NCBI RefSeq assembly: GCF_036321535.1
Contig: NC_087437.1
Location: 103,728,001-103,792,000 of the forward strand
Reading direction: 5' to 3'
DNA from: Camelus dromedarius
Taxonomy: Eukaryota
Length of the DNA: 64,000 bases
A model generated the notes under the pieces. The model saw only the letters and a list, made by a program, of their open reading frames with translations. It had not been told where the DNA came from and did not search any database. Position numbers and translations under genes: made by a program. This document shows, in pieces, positions 51,887 to 64,000 of the stretch (positions within the stretch are counted from its first letter, which is position 1; the number at the start of each line of letters is the position of its first letter).

Positions 51887-52346
51887 ATTTGATTTAATAC
51901 TAGGAACACAGTAAGAATGATAGCTGTTACTATCTGGAGAGAGCTCTGGTGATTGAGTCACTTTTACAAAGCGAATTTATTTAAAATCTAAAATCAATGG
52001 TCACAAAATTTTTACAGAAGTCATTGGAAATTTTAAATCCATTCTTCTTATAATTGTTTATAAGAATTTTAACTGGAAATTGGTTAAAAAAAAATCATCA
52101 TATATAGTCTAAATAAATAAGACTCTGTGATTTAATTTGAGAGGTTTCATTAGATCCATGGCTAGAAAATATGTCACTTAGCTATCTGCAGTTAGCACTG
52201 TCAGGAATCACACTTTTGTGTTAGAAGATTATGATGGGTCAGGTGTCTCATAGAGGATGAAGAAATGACTTGTGAAAATTATTTTACAAATTGAAATTTC
52301 TACAAATGAAACACTTGTATCTGAGGGTAAAATAAAAGTGAATTCA

Positions 52347-53432
52347 AGTCAACTGTCGATGGACATTTAGGTTGTTTCCATGTCTTAGCTATTGTATACA
52401 GTGCTGCTGTGAACACTGGGGTACATGTATCAGAGTTCCCTCCAGATAAATGCCCAGGAGTGGGACTGCTGGATCATATGGTCAGTCTGTTTTTAGTTTT
52501 TTGAGGAATCTCCATACTGTTTTCCATAATGGCTGCACCAAACTAACATTCCCACCAACAGTGTAGGAGGGTTCCCTTTTCTCCACAGCCTACCCAGCAG
52601 TTACCATTTGTAGACTTTTGAATGATGGCCATTCTGACCAGTGTGAAGTGATATTTTATTGTAGTTTTGATTTGCACTTCTCTGATAATTAGTGATATTG
52701 AGCATTTTTTCATGTGCCTATTGGCCATTTGCAAGTCTTCATTGGAGAATTTCTTGTTTAGGTCTTCTTCCCATTTTTGGATTGGCTTTTTTGTTTTTTT
52801 GTTATTAATTTGTCTGAGCTGTTTATGTATTCTGGAAATTAAGCCTTTGTCAGTCGCATCATTTGCAAATATTTTCTCCCATTCCATGGGTTGTCATTTT
52901 GTTTTATGTTCATTGACAGATGACTGGATAAAGAAGTTGTGGTATATTTATAAAAGGGAACACCACTCAGCCATAAAAAAGAATAAAATAATGCCATGTG
53001 CAGCAACATGGATGGACCTGGAGATCGTCGTTCTAAGTGAAGTAAACCAGAAAGAGAAAGAAAAATACCATATGAATTCATTCACATGTAGAATCTAAAA
53101 AAAAAAAAAAAGGAAAAAAGAGGACACTAATGAACTCATCTACAAAACAGAAAGACTCATAGACATAGTAAACAATCTTATGGCTACCAGGAGACAAGGG
53201 GTGGGAAGAGATAAATTTGGGAGTGTGAGATTTGCAAATGTTAGTCACTATATATAAAAATGGATTTGAAAAAAATATTCTTCTGTATAGCACAGGGAAC
53301 TATAGTCATTATCTTGTAATAACCTTTAATGAAACAGAATATGAAAATCAATGTGTGTATGTATATGCATGACTGGGACATTGTACTGTACACCAGAAAC
53401 TACCTCATTGTAACTGACTATACTTCAATAAA
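52347..53432 (+). mobile_element. Young camelid-type L1 with 5' inversion (52347-52906 antisense, 52907-53432 sense)
   Basis: ORF 52543-52887(-) is ORF2 ([20 protein letters not shown]); the sense part has the same 3'UTR as 22884-24315; TSD aaaagtg(a/t)attc at 52334-52345 and 53433-53444. Confidence 0.9.
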
Positions 53433-54439
53433 AAAAGTGTATTCCTAGATAAACTCATTACAAACAAGAAAATCAGGAAATATAGTAAATGAATGCACTA
53501 TTAGCATATGCATATTTCATGCTTGAAATTCTGCTTGTTTAATTTGGTAGACAAATGTCATATACATATATATTTTCCATCACATAGAGAAAAGGGGCAA
53601 TACAGACTGATTCAGAACGTCATGAACAGATCCAATACTGCCAATTATAAGCTAGATAACCTTCAGTCTTATATAGAGAAAGCTAACCTTCTCTGGGATC
53701 TTAGGTTCTTGTCTCTAAAGTAGAAATAAATTAAGAGAAAGCATAGATGTGATATCTACTATAAAAGGTTATGCACACTAAACAATGTGTGTTATTTGAA
53801 CTTCACATTCAGATACATTTTGTTTTTAAGAACAGGAACAAATTGTTTAGGATTTGTTTCCACTTGAACTTTCTCTTTTTAAGTGGGCTGGAACATTAAC
53901 TATTTTTCAGGTTAACTAAGCATAGATGGTATAAAAGCGTATCTCTATAGAGAGTGTCGGGTGGTACCTGCTTACAGCTAAATTAATGAGATACAGAGTA
54001 GAACAGAATGTAAGCAGACTCCCATGATTCTGTCCTTTTAAAGAAAACACAGAGTAACACATCACAGTGGATCCATTCACTCATTAACTTTCAGAATTGG
54101 TGCTGAGACCGCGGCTCATTAATTAAACTATCTTAGACTTTGTTAATTATTCTTGTCGTTCAACTTGAATTTATGTGTATATATGTGTCCACATAAGTGT
54201 GAGTCTGTGGGAGGGTGGGTACTACATTAACGAAGGTGAATATTCCTATTACGATTATCATGGTTAATTAAAAACTGAGACAAGTAAAATAAGTATCTCT
54301 CCCTTCATCCTATTTTTGTTAATTTGTCTTACAAGGTTATTTACCAACCATGAAATAATACTTGATGGCTGTTTGAATGTATTTGTCTTCCATAAACTAA
54401 TATAGCATATTTACTTACAATATTTCTTTTTAAACAACA

Positions 54440-54610
54440 CATATGCTTGAGATAAACATAATTTATCTCATTAAAAAATACAAGAAAAATAATGCTACAA
54501 AGGTAGGAAATGTCTACTTAACTACCTAATTTTACAAATGAATGAACAAATGCAGAGTCTAAAAGCAGAGCTCGGAATAAAATACATGTCTTTTGTGCTC
54601 TTCTCCAATA
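54440..54610 (-). mobile_element. MIR fragment
   Basis: aaggtagg...cctaattttacaaatgaatgaac...gcagagctcggaataaaa. Confidence 0.45.
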
Positions 54611-54989
54611 CATTTTGACCTAATAAAACCTTTTCCAATAATGTGTAATCTTTTAAACCTCCTTAAAGTATTTCATCATTTTAAGTTGATATTATAGAAA
54701 GAAATGTTTTTAAGTTAACTATATTTTAAAGCAGTATAAATTTTAAAGATTTTAGTACAACATTTATTTAAATTTAATCTTGAATGATGCTCAGGACATA
54801 TTAAGACAAATGTTTACTTTCCCCAATTTTTTCAAAGTAAAACTTATTTTTCTGTTAATAATGTTGCTTTCCACAATAAAAAACTAATATAATATTTAAT
54901 GTAATAAAATTATCAATTATTTAAATTATTTAATACATAAGGTAAGTGCTTTATATCTTCTCTTCTCCAAACATTATCAATTCCTTTCT

Positions 54990-55670
54990 CCTACCCACTG
55001 AATTCCACCAAAATGTACTGCCTTGAAATAACATTAATTTAATTCACAATTCCGTGGTTTGGTAGTTTAGGCTACTAGTCTCAACTGGGCTCACCCACAC
55101 AATGGTAAGTTGCTGGCCAATTCAAGGGCTCAATTTCTAACTTTTGACTAAAATGACAAGAGGTACTGGGCCAATGGTCTCTCTTCATTTAGCAAATCAA
55201 CCTGGTTATCATCACGTGGTGCTTATAGGTTTTAGGAACATCAACATATAAGACAGGACCCAAAACATAAGCATGTCTCAAATCTCTGCTTATGCCATGT
55301 TTACTACTGTCTCATTGTTCAAATCAGATTAGATGGGAAAGCCCATATTTAACATGTAAGGCACAACCCACATAGTACATACAGGAAAGCATGAATAAAC
55401 TAGAGGCTGTTACTCTGATGATCTAGTATAGTCGGCCTCTAGCACCAAGAATTCACCTTTCTCCCACTGGTAAAGTATACTCACTTTCTCACAAAAACAC
55501 CAAAATTCTCCCTTAAGCAAAGCACTGGACCTACAGTCCTGAATCTAATGATAGGCTATCATACTCAGACACCACACTGAAAAGACATGGTATCGGCTCT
55601 ATGTAAATATAACTTATGATGATGATACAAAGATGGAGTAATCACAGGAAATGCTCAATTTGAGGAGGAC

Positions 55671-55701
<31 letters not shown>

Positions 55702-57527
55702 AACCATATGCATTCCTGACCCATAGCAATTCTGAAATCAAAGTGGGCAAATAATGTCATAGTTGCCAACTTGAAAGAAAAGGATGCTCCTTGATCAGGC
55801 CCTGTTGTTTCCAGATTTTCTTCATGATTCTTGGCTCTAACCTCCAAGATTTCCTTTTTCATCCTTCTTACCTAATTTCAGGATAGGTCATTGGAAAATA
55901 GCCCTTAGAGCAACGTTTGTAACCTATTTCCTCCTCACAGAGATGGAGAACTAGACACGTTTTTCACTTTGAACAGTCTCAATACCTCTTCATAGGAACA
56001 GTCAAATGTTTGTTGGCGTAACTCTATAACTGGTACATTGGAGATTTAATCTACAGTGGATCAAATCTGTCAAGAGGTCTAGAAAATTACTGTCTAACTG
56101 AGAGTCACTAAGGAGTCCTGATTTAATTCTTTTGGAGATTTAACAGAAGAATTTCACAGCTAAGCCATTGATTAGACACATTCCACTAGATTGTATTTTG
56201 GTTTAAGAATCTTTTATTCATTTTTTCATCTTTGTTTTAGCTTGCTAGGTCTGCTCTAACAACGTACCACAGGCTAAGTGGTTTAAATAACATTTTTTCT
56301 TTTCTCACACTCCTGGAGGTTAAAAATCTGAGACTAAAGAGCCAGCAGGGTTGGTTTCTTCTGAAGCCTCTCTCCCTGGCTTGCAAATAGCCATCTTCTC
56401 CCTATGTCTTCACATGGTTTTCCCTCTGTATTGCCTGTGTCCAAATTTCTTTTTTTTTTTTAAATAAGGATACCAGTTAAATTGGATCAGTGCCCACCAT
56501 AATGACCTCATTTGAGCTTAATTATGTCTTATTAATAACCCTATCATCCAATACAGTCACATTCTGAGGTACTTGGGCTTAGGACTTCAAAATGTCAATT
56601 TGGAAGAAATGAAATTCAGCTAATAATAATTTTCATGCTGAATAAACTGGACAGAAGAAAAAATTCCAATTTTTAGCTAATCAAAACCTACCGTCTCTAT
56701 ATTTCTTTAAAATATTACTTGCTAACTGGTCATTACTTAGCTTAGTTTATCTCTTTTTTTGTACTTTATCAGACATACTTAAAAGCAAGCATCTTACCTC
56801 TTGAATACTTTGTCTGGAGATTTTTATTGCTTAAATTAAAAAGTTCAGATGGTCCATTTTTATCTTCTAAGTATCAGGAGCAAAGTTTTTCCAATTGTTT
56901 CACCACTATGTATTAGCATTTTACCTGCTTACTATGACAGTCTCCTTAATACCTAGCAAATCTCTGTCTGCTATCTTGTAGCAAAGCCAGTGTCACTCAC
57001 TTTAGGTTTTGTTACAATAGCGTCTACCTTCTAGATACCAATTTCTACATCCATTGTCTAAGACTGCATTTCAAACTCCCCTCCAAATTTAGTGACTTAA
57101 AACAACCACCACTGGTTTTGATCATGAATCTCTCAATTTGGCAATTTGAACTGGGCTCAACTTGTTGGGTCTTCTCATGAGTGAACTCATTTACATGTTT
57201 GGTCTGTGGTGAGCTACAAAATAGGTAGTAGGTTATGCTTCTGGAATCATCAGTTATCAGCTAGTGTGCCTCACACAATGGGGTTATATTTCTGTAATGA
57301 TCTTACAGAATTCTGCTCATGGACATTGTGTCAGAGATTCTAAAAACAGCAAGGGGAAGCCAATATTTTAGCACTTTTTTCCAGTTTCTGATTGTGTCAC
57401 GTTGGATACTATTATCAGTGGGCCAAGTAAGTGTATTCCAGCCTAGTCAGTTTGGGTATGACCAACTGAAAATGTGAATGCAGGGATATGAACAGTTTAA
57501 GGTGCACTACTGCAACATCTGATCAAA
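54990..57527 (-). mobile_element. Two-LTR MaLR element (MLT1G/H-like): LTR ~54990-55430, internal ~55431-57046, LTR ~57047-57527
   Basis: Two related degenerate LTRs (aactgggctca; tctgcttatgccatgtttactactgtctcattg versus tctgattgtgtcacgttggatactattatcagtgggccaa); MaLR int/LTR junction ccttctagataccaatttc at ~57028-57046. Confidence 0.65.
56233..56628 (-). mobile_element. MLT1A0-like solo LTR nested in the MLT1 internal region
   Basis: tgttttagcttgctaggtctgctctaacaacgtaccacaggc...ccaatacagtcacattctgaggtacttgggcttaggacttcaa. Confidence 0.88.
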
Positions 57528-57809
57528 CTTCCACTCAATTGATGACCCCACTCACCCTCCCCCTTTTTTTAAAACTATAATTCTCTCTGGGAAATAGAGA
57601 GAGAAAGAGAGAGAGGGAGAGAATTTCAACATTTAGCCATTATCAAATCAATACAATCTCTAACATTATACCATTTAAAAAAATAAACAATAGGAAAGTT
57701 CAAAACACTGTATCACTAGTCTCATAGTTACTACCTATGACTCCAGAATATTGCCCATTCTGTTTTCTTGAGATCCACCAATGGCTCTACTGACATTTAT
57801 CTGGCTTCA

Positions 57810-59640
57810 GATATTGGAAGAAATTAAAGATGACACAAGCAGATGGAAAGATACACTGCGTTCTTGGATTGGAAGAATTGATATTGTTAAAGTGACCATA
57901 CTACCCAAGGCAATTTTCAGACTCAGTAAAATCCCTATCAAAAATACCAATGGCATTTTTCACAGAACTAGAACAAATAATTTTAAAACTTGGATGGAAA
58001 CACAAAAGACCCTGAATAGCCAAAATAATATTGGGAAAGAAGAACAGAGCTGGATGAATCACACTCCGGGACTTCAGAGTATACTACAAAGATACAGTAA
58101 TCAAAACAGTATGGCATTGGTACCAAAAGAGATACATGGATCAATGCAAAAGGATAGAGAGCCCAGAAATAAACCCATACCCTAATGGCCAATTTAACTA
58201 CAATAAAGGAGGCAGGAATACATAATGGAGAAAAGACAGCCTCTGCAGTATGTAATGCTGAGAAAACTGAACAGCTACTTGTAAAATAATGAAATTAGAA
58301 TATTCATTAACACCATATAAAAATAAACTCAAAATGGATTAAAGACCTAAATGTAAGATCAGATACTAAAAAACTTCTAGAGGAAAACATAGGCAGAACA
58401 TTCTTTGGCATAAATTGAAGCAATATTTTTTTGGATCTGTCTCCTAAAGTAAAGGCAATAAAAGCAAAAATAAACAAATGAGACCTAGTTAAAGCTAAAA
58501 GCTTTTGCACAGCAAAGGCAACCATTGATAAAACAAAAAGACAACCTACTGAAAGGGAGAAAATATTTGCAAATGATATGACTGGTAAGGGGTAAATATC
58601 CAACATATATAAACAGCTCACACAAATCAACACCAAAAAGCAAACAATCCAATTAAAAAATAGGCAAAAGAACTGAACAAACATTTCTTCCAAAGGGGAA
58701 ATGCAGATGGCCAACCGGCACCTGAAAAGAGGCTCAATACCATTAATCATCGGAGAAATGCAAATCAACACCACCATCAGATAGCTCCTCAAACCCGTCA
58801 GAATGGCTATCATCAAAAAGAATACAAATAACAAATGTTGGCAAGGATGTTGAGAAAAGGGTACATTTGTACACTGTTGGTGGGAATGTAAATTGGTCCA
58901 GTCATTTTGGAAAACAGTGCGGAGATTTCTTAAAAAACTAAAAACAGAACTACCATGTGATCTACCAATCCCATTCCTGGGTATACACCCAAAAGAAACA
59001 AAAACACTAATTCAAAAAGGTACATGCATCCCAATGTTCATAGAAGTATTATTTATAATTGTCAAGATATGGAAACAACCTAGTTGTCCCATCAACAGAT
59101 GAATGGATAAAGAAGTATATATATATATATATATGTATATATATACACACACACACACACATACATACACACAATGGAATATTACTCAGTCATAAAAAAG
59201 AATGGAATTTTGCCATTTACAGCAACACGAATGGACTTAGAGAGCATTATGCTAAGTAAAATAAGTCAGCAGAGAAAGACAAACACCGTATGATACCATT
59301 TATATGTGGAATCTAAAAAATACAACAAATTAGTTAATATAACAAAAAAGAAGCAGACTCACAGACATAGAGAATAAACTAGTGGTCACCAGTGGGGAGA
59401 GGGAAGAGGGGAGGGGCAATGTAAGGCTAGAGGATTAAGAGGTACAAACTATTAGGTATAAAAAAAGCTACAAGTATATGTTGTACAAGATGGGGAATAC
59501 AGCCAATACTTTATAATAACTATAAATGGAGTACAAACATTAAAAACTGTGAATCACTATATTGTATATCTGTAACTTATGTCATATTATACACCAACTA
59601 TATTTCAATAAAAAATAAAATAATTAAAAATCAAAAATAA
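57810..59640 (+). mobile_element. 5'-truncated L1 (ORF2 3' third and 3'UTR), cetartiodactyl-age type
   Basis: ORF 57781 encodes WKDTLRSWIGRIDIVKVTILPKAIFR (L1 ORF2); ends ccaactatatttcaataaaaaataaaataa. Confidence 0.92.
59117..59172. repeat. Compound (TA)n(CA)n microsatellite inside L1
   Basis: tatatatatatatatatatgtatatatatacacacacacacacacatacatacacac. Confidence 0.95.
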
Positions 59641-60757
59641 ATTGTGTCATAGACACAATATGGAATATTTTGAAGCCATTAAAACTATGCCAGAAATATA
59701 CAAGTATTGATACAGAAAATATTGCTATCTTTTTAGGTTACTATCAGGTGAAAAACAGTATGTTCAATGTGAGTTAAGTTTCTAAAATTAACTTTATTGA
59801 TGTATAATTTACATATTTTAAAATGCACACGTTTTAAATGTACCAAAAAAAATCTGTTGGAAAGCCATATGTACCTACATTTGAAAGTTCAAGTACATTG
59901 AGCATTCTGTATTCAGTTCTTGTTTCTTTACTCTTTTGTTCATGTGCCTTGGAGTAATTCCTCTTAATTTTTCAGTGAATTTCTTCTTCAATATTCATGG
60001 CTTAATACACTCTGACTACTGATTTAAACCATAATCAATATTCACTAGTAAGTGTTTGATAATTATTTCATTAAGGACATGCATAATTGCAGGAGGCACT
60101 GTATCTTACCACAATTTGAGCAGTATGGATGTACACTTTGTTAATGCTTTAGGACTGAGGGTTTCTTGCTGTGTGTATAGCTCATTTGTGGAAATTGTAT
60201 CTGTTTTACTTTAAAATGACTAGGATGCTTAAGATACATCTCTAATAAAAGAAATGATAACATTACTTTGTGGATGCAATTTTTCTTTCACCTATGTCTA
60301 TTATAATGAGGGTAGTCCTAGAAAATTGGTATAGATACCATAAATAGTAAAGAAAGGAAAGAGTGTTTTAAACTGTTTCAGCCTATGAAATGGGATCTAG
60401 TATTTCAAGTAATGTAAGATTTGGGTATACAATAATTAGCAGTAATAACTCTTTCCCATATGTCTCACACAACTTAAAGGGAAGTGTGAAAGTCCTTTAC
60501 CTATCTTCTTAGACATCTTCTAACTCCATGAATGGGAGTAATAAATCAGAGGACAATATTTCATGAGCTTAAGTTTTTTATAATAACTCTCTTACTCAAG
60601 TCTCTTCTAAAAGTACACGTTTCTTCACGAGCAGAGCTCCTTTCTGAAGATTTAGTTAAAACTATAATGTTAATTAAAATAAATTTGCTTCTATATGAGA
60701 CAGTTGATGGGCTGAACTGAATAAAATAATATCTTCCCTGCAACACTGGGGTAATTA

Positions 60758-60978
60758 CAGTTGACCCTTGAACAATACAGGGGTTATGGGCCAGCCCTGA
60801 CCATACCCACTCTCAGTCAAAATTCCTAACTTTATGGTTGGTCCACTGTATCTGTGACTTCACATACAAGGATTCAACCAACAGCAGATCAAATAGTGCT
60901 GTAATAGTGTTGACTGAAAAAAATTCAAGCCTTAGTGGACCTGTGAACTTCAAACTCATGTTGTCCAAGGGTCTACAG
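60758..60978. mobile_element. Tigger2-family MITE (MER8-like) DNA transposon
   Basis: TIRs cagttgacccttgaacaa...ttgtccaagggtctacag flanked by TA target duplications; 221 bp. Confidence 0.9.
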
Positions 60979-63339
60979 TACATTCCTTTGTTAGTGTTTC
61001 TCATGGCCAGGCCAGTTTCCAGCAGGGGGCATGCTTTGGATTTATGATCAGCTAAGAAGTATGTAACTGCAATTGGCAGTTTTACACAAATATGAAATGA
61101 ACCAGGAACCAAAGCACAGAAGTTAGCTATTTCATGGAAGAAGTGATATCACTCTCCTTTGTTAACTATCTTGATAGCTGGAAGAGATGTCAAATGACAA
61201 AATTTCCAGGAGATGCTAAATTACATCAGCAACATATTAATATCCACAGTTAACTGGAATGATTTGAACACCTTTGACAGCAGTATATGGAATATAATTC
61301 ACTTATAGGATTAACTATGTAATTCATTAAAATAAATTGCCTACAAAAATTGCTGGCATTTTGAGTTATATGTATGGAGAAAGAAGATAAAAGAAGAGGA
61401 AGAAGCTTCTACAAAAAAAAAAAAAAGATTTTGCCTCTTTCATCTTTCATACTAATGGGATCCTTAATTACAAAAAAAAAGTCAAAAAATAAAAGAATGA
61501 ATTGCCTTCAATTGAAAGAATTACCTACCTGATGTCTGTACTACAAAGTAGGTTTTTAGAGACCTAATTTCAATCAAAACCACCACAAAGGCAAAAGAGG
61601 AAAATATCTTTTAACTTGATAAATAGACAAAGAAATGAATAAAAATACTCAAGCCAATTAAGTAACACCAAATATACATAGTCAATTATTATGTAATGAT
61701 GATCTTCTTGCTTCTTTATATTTTTATGTCTGTTTGATCCCATCATTTTGATTTTTGTAACCGATGGAGTCTTTAAAAGGACTGGTTAATTTATTAAATT
61801 GATTGTTTGAACTCACTGATTGGTTCAGGAAAATATTTTATCAATACACAGTGCCCAAATGTTGCTGCTCTGCTTTTTTTGTCTCAGGGACCCATGCATG
61901 TTTAACTCGTTGGAAGAAACATGTAGGACATCACTGATCTCTAGCATGGAAGATGCCATTTCTTTTTCTTTCCCTTCCCCCCACCCCCATCCTGCTTCTG
62001 CTTTTCTTAAATCTACGTAGTTAGCCATTTTCTACTGAACTTTTCTTTCTTTTCCAATTTTATGATAGTCCTTTCTTATGTTTTTTACCACAAAATTGAT
62101 TTGAGACTCATCAAATCCCATAAATGGGGTGAAAGCAAAAGCTATCCTTGCTTGTGAGAAAAAAATTTACAAACATCACATCATACTTTATGGAAGTGAA
62201 TTCCTTATGGAAATAAATGAAGGGGTTGAGTTTAAAATTTAATTTAATGAAAACAAAACAGAAACAATATGTCCTGATATAGAAGCAAGGAGGCAAAAAG
62301 AAGCATCAGCAGGTAAAGTGTGATTAAAAATTTTATGAGGGGGATCCTTGACCCTCACTACTCTCCAGAGATTAACAAGGGCTCAGCTGATATTCAGGTT
62401 ATACTGCTAGTAAGTATATAAACCATATGACACTGTTATTATTATGTTTGCTGTTAATCACAGAAGCGTAATTAATATCCCCGCTTTCAGTCCAAGACAA
62501 CACTAAAATTTGGGAACTAGTATTTGGATCCAGTTTGTTTCATATCTTTTTTAATGTCTCCAAGAAATTGTACTGGACCATACCATTGAATTCTCTAACA
62601 TATCAAAATTATATGCTTCAAATATACATATCCCCTTTGTGTTTTACATCTTTAGTTTGTGATTCTTGTTCAGAGTTTTAAGAAAATAAAAACTGTTCAA
62701 TAAATTATCTTGAGCACATTATGTCATACTTCCTGCAATGATAGAAATATTATTTTGTATATCATTAAGTTCTTATTGGGGTATCATAGGTAGGTTCTTA
62801 CTGATGTAATGTAATTAGTTCAGTCCAAATGTATGTAGGAGAAAATTGGTAAGCTAGTGTAGACTTGAAAACAACACATCATATAAAGGGATGGAGATTT
62901 GTCCTAAACTTCTGCTGACAAAGCTTCTTTATCTTACTACATGCAATGTGTTTTAACAGCTCTTTCCCTGGGATTTTTCTGTTTAATCTCAGAAGTGCAA
63001 CTGAACATTACGTCAATGATATGCATCAAGTCTGTATTTAAGAAATATAGATAAATTAAATAAAGTTATTGAACTTTGTGATTTGCTTGGGAGCCACTAC
63101 CATGGTATGCTTTCCCTTACTAATTAAAAAAAGAATGATTAAATAAACACGTAAATAATAAAACTGTTTAGCTGTAGAAGCAACAAAATCATGGAGAAAG
63201 ATTTATCCTTTATTTCTATTTCTATGGTATTTTTATTAAAGGTTGTATTGGTTTCCCACTTGACAAAAAACTTAACCTTCCACATTAGAATATTTGATGT
63301 TAGTTGAGGAAGAGAAAATATGTATGTATTGGAGATTAT

Positions 63340-63460
63340 CTGTTTATTTAACAAATGTTTGTGTCTACTATTTTCAAGCACTGTGTAAGGCCCATAAGCT
63401 GGGCTTAATTAGTAGAAAATACAAGATCCCTGCACCTTGGTTCTTAAAGACAGGTGGGGA
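63340..63460 (-). mobile_element. L2 3' end fragment
   Basis: tttatttaacaaatgtttgtgtctactattttcaagcactgtgtaaggc...aagatccctgcacc. Confidence 0.6.
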
Positions 63461-64000
63461 TAAAAGCAGTGGAATTACAAGGATTACACCAGAAATGATT
63501 TCTATTCCACATATTATCAAGTACTAGCCTACAAGTGTATTTTATAACTTGTTCTGCTAACAATTTATATGTAAATACAAGCTGCCCTGTCTTTAAAAAA
63601 AAACAAACTGAAAAAAAAATCAACATTTTCAAAACCAATTTTTGTAGGTTTAATTAGATGTAATAAAACCCAGACATGTGATTATTGTATCACATGTGAT
63701 TCCTAGTCTTACAAGTGACTTACATGTGCATTCAAGTAATTTAAAATTCAAGAGCCAACAGATATTTTAACAAAGCTTATCCAAATAACAATGCTAAAAT
63801 CTCATTACAGGAAAAACACTGTCTCATAAACACAATAAGAAATGATCTAATTGGCTACATTAACAATTTCAATTTTATTCCACTTTATTATTCAATCTCT
63901 AACCAGTTGCAATAAATGCTCTAAGAAACTAATTAATATTCTCAGACAAAGCTCATGTTAATTCTGAACATACTGAGTGACTTCTGAATTTGAGAAAAGA

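Noticed and set aside
57781..58185. 134-aa plus-strand ORF
   Set aside because: Frameshifted L1 ORF2 fragment, not a host gene
58307..58834. Longest ORF (175 aa, hydrophobic) and similar minus-strand ORFs at 22864, 24118, 39032, 39869 and 40988
   Set aside because: Antisense readings of L1 ORF2; the hydrophobicity comes from the T-rich L1 antisense strand
60500..60746. Overlapping ORFs with a minus-strand donor (ATAG|gtaaag)
   Set aside because: The frame stops before the donor; consistent with chance
1..64000. CRISPR array, prokaryotic operon, tRNA/rRNA, NUMT, processed pseudogene or non-retroviral endogenous viral element
   Set aside because: None seen by eye; the sequence is mammalian and repeat-rich with no long non-L1 ORF. 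A tBLASTn search would be needed to exclude very decayed copies

Overview
AT-rich, CpG-depleted mammalian genomic DNA, most likely camelid (alpaca/camel). The call rests on the 3' UTRs of the youngest L1 copies and on not seeing Alu, B1/B2, BovB/Bov-tA, PRE1 or Can-SINE elements. Much of the window is fossil interspersed repeats: several L1 age classes, L2, MIR, MaLR/ERVL/ERV1 LTRs and one Tigger2-family MITE. I see no recognisable protein-coding gene, RNA gene, CpG island or CRISPR array, and nearly all listed ORFs are L1 debris or chance. It reads as a gene desert or a large intron. The best-supported unusual structures are a probable L1 3' transduction carrying ~0.9 kb of non-L1 DNA between 10-bp target-site duplications (25689-27273), a twin-primed 5'-inverted L1 (52334-53444), an L1 whose 5'UTR is fused directly to ORF2 (junction ~38460), and a two-LTR MLT1 element with a nested MLT1A0. 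A few splice-site-bounded candidate exons (best: minus strand 49364-49553) are unverified. Repeat subfamily names are from remembered consensus sequences, and boundaries of old elements are approximate.
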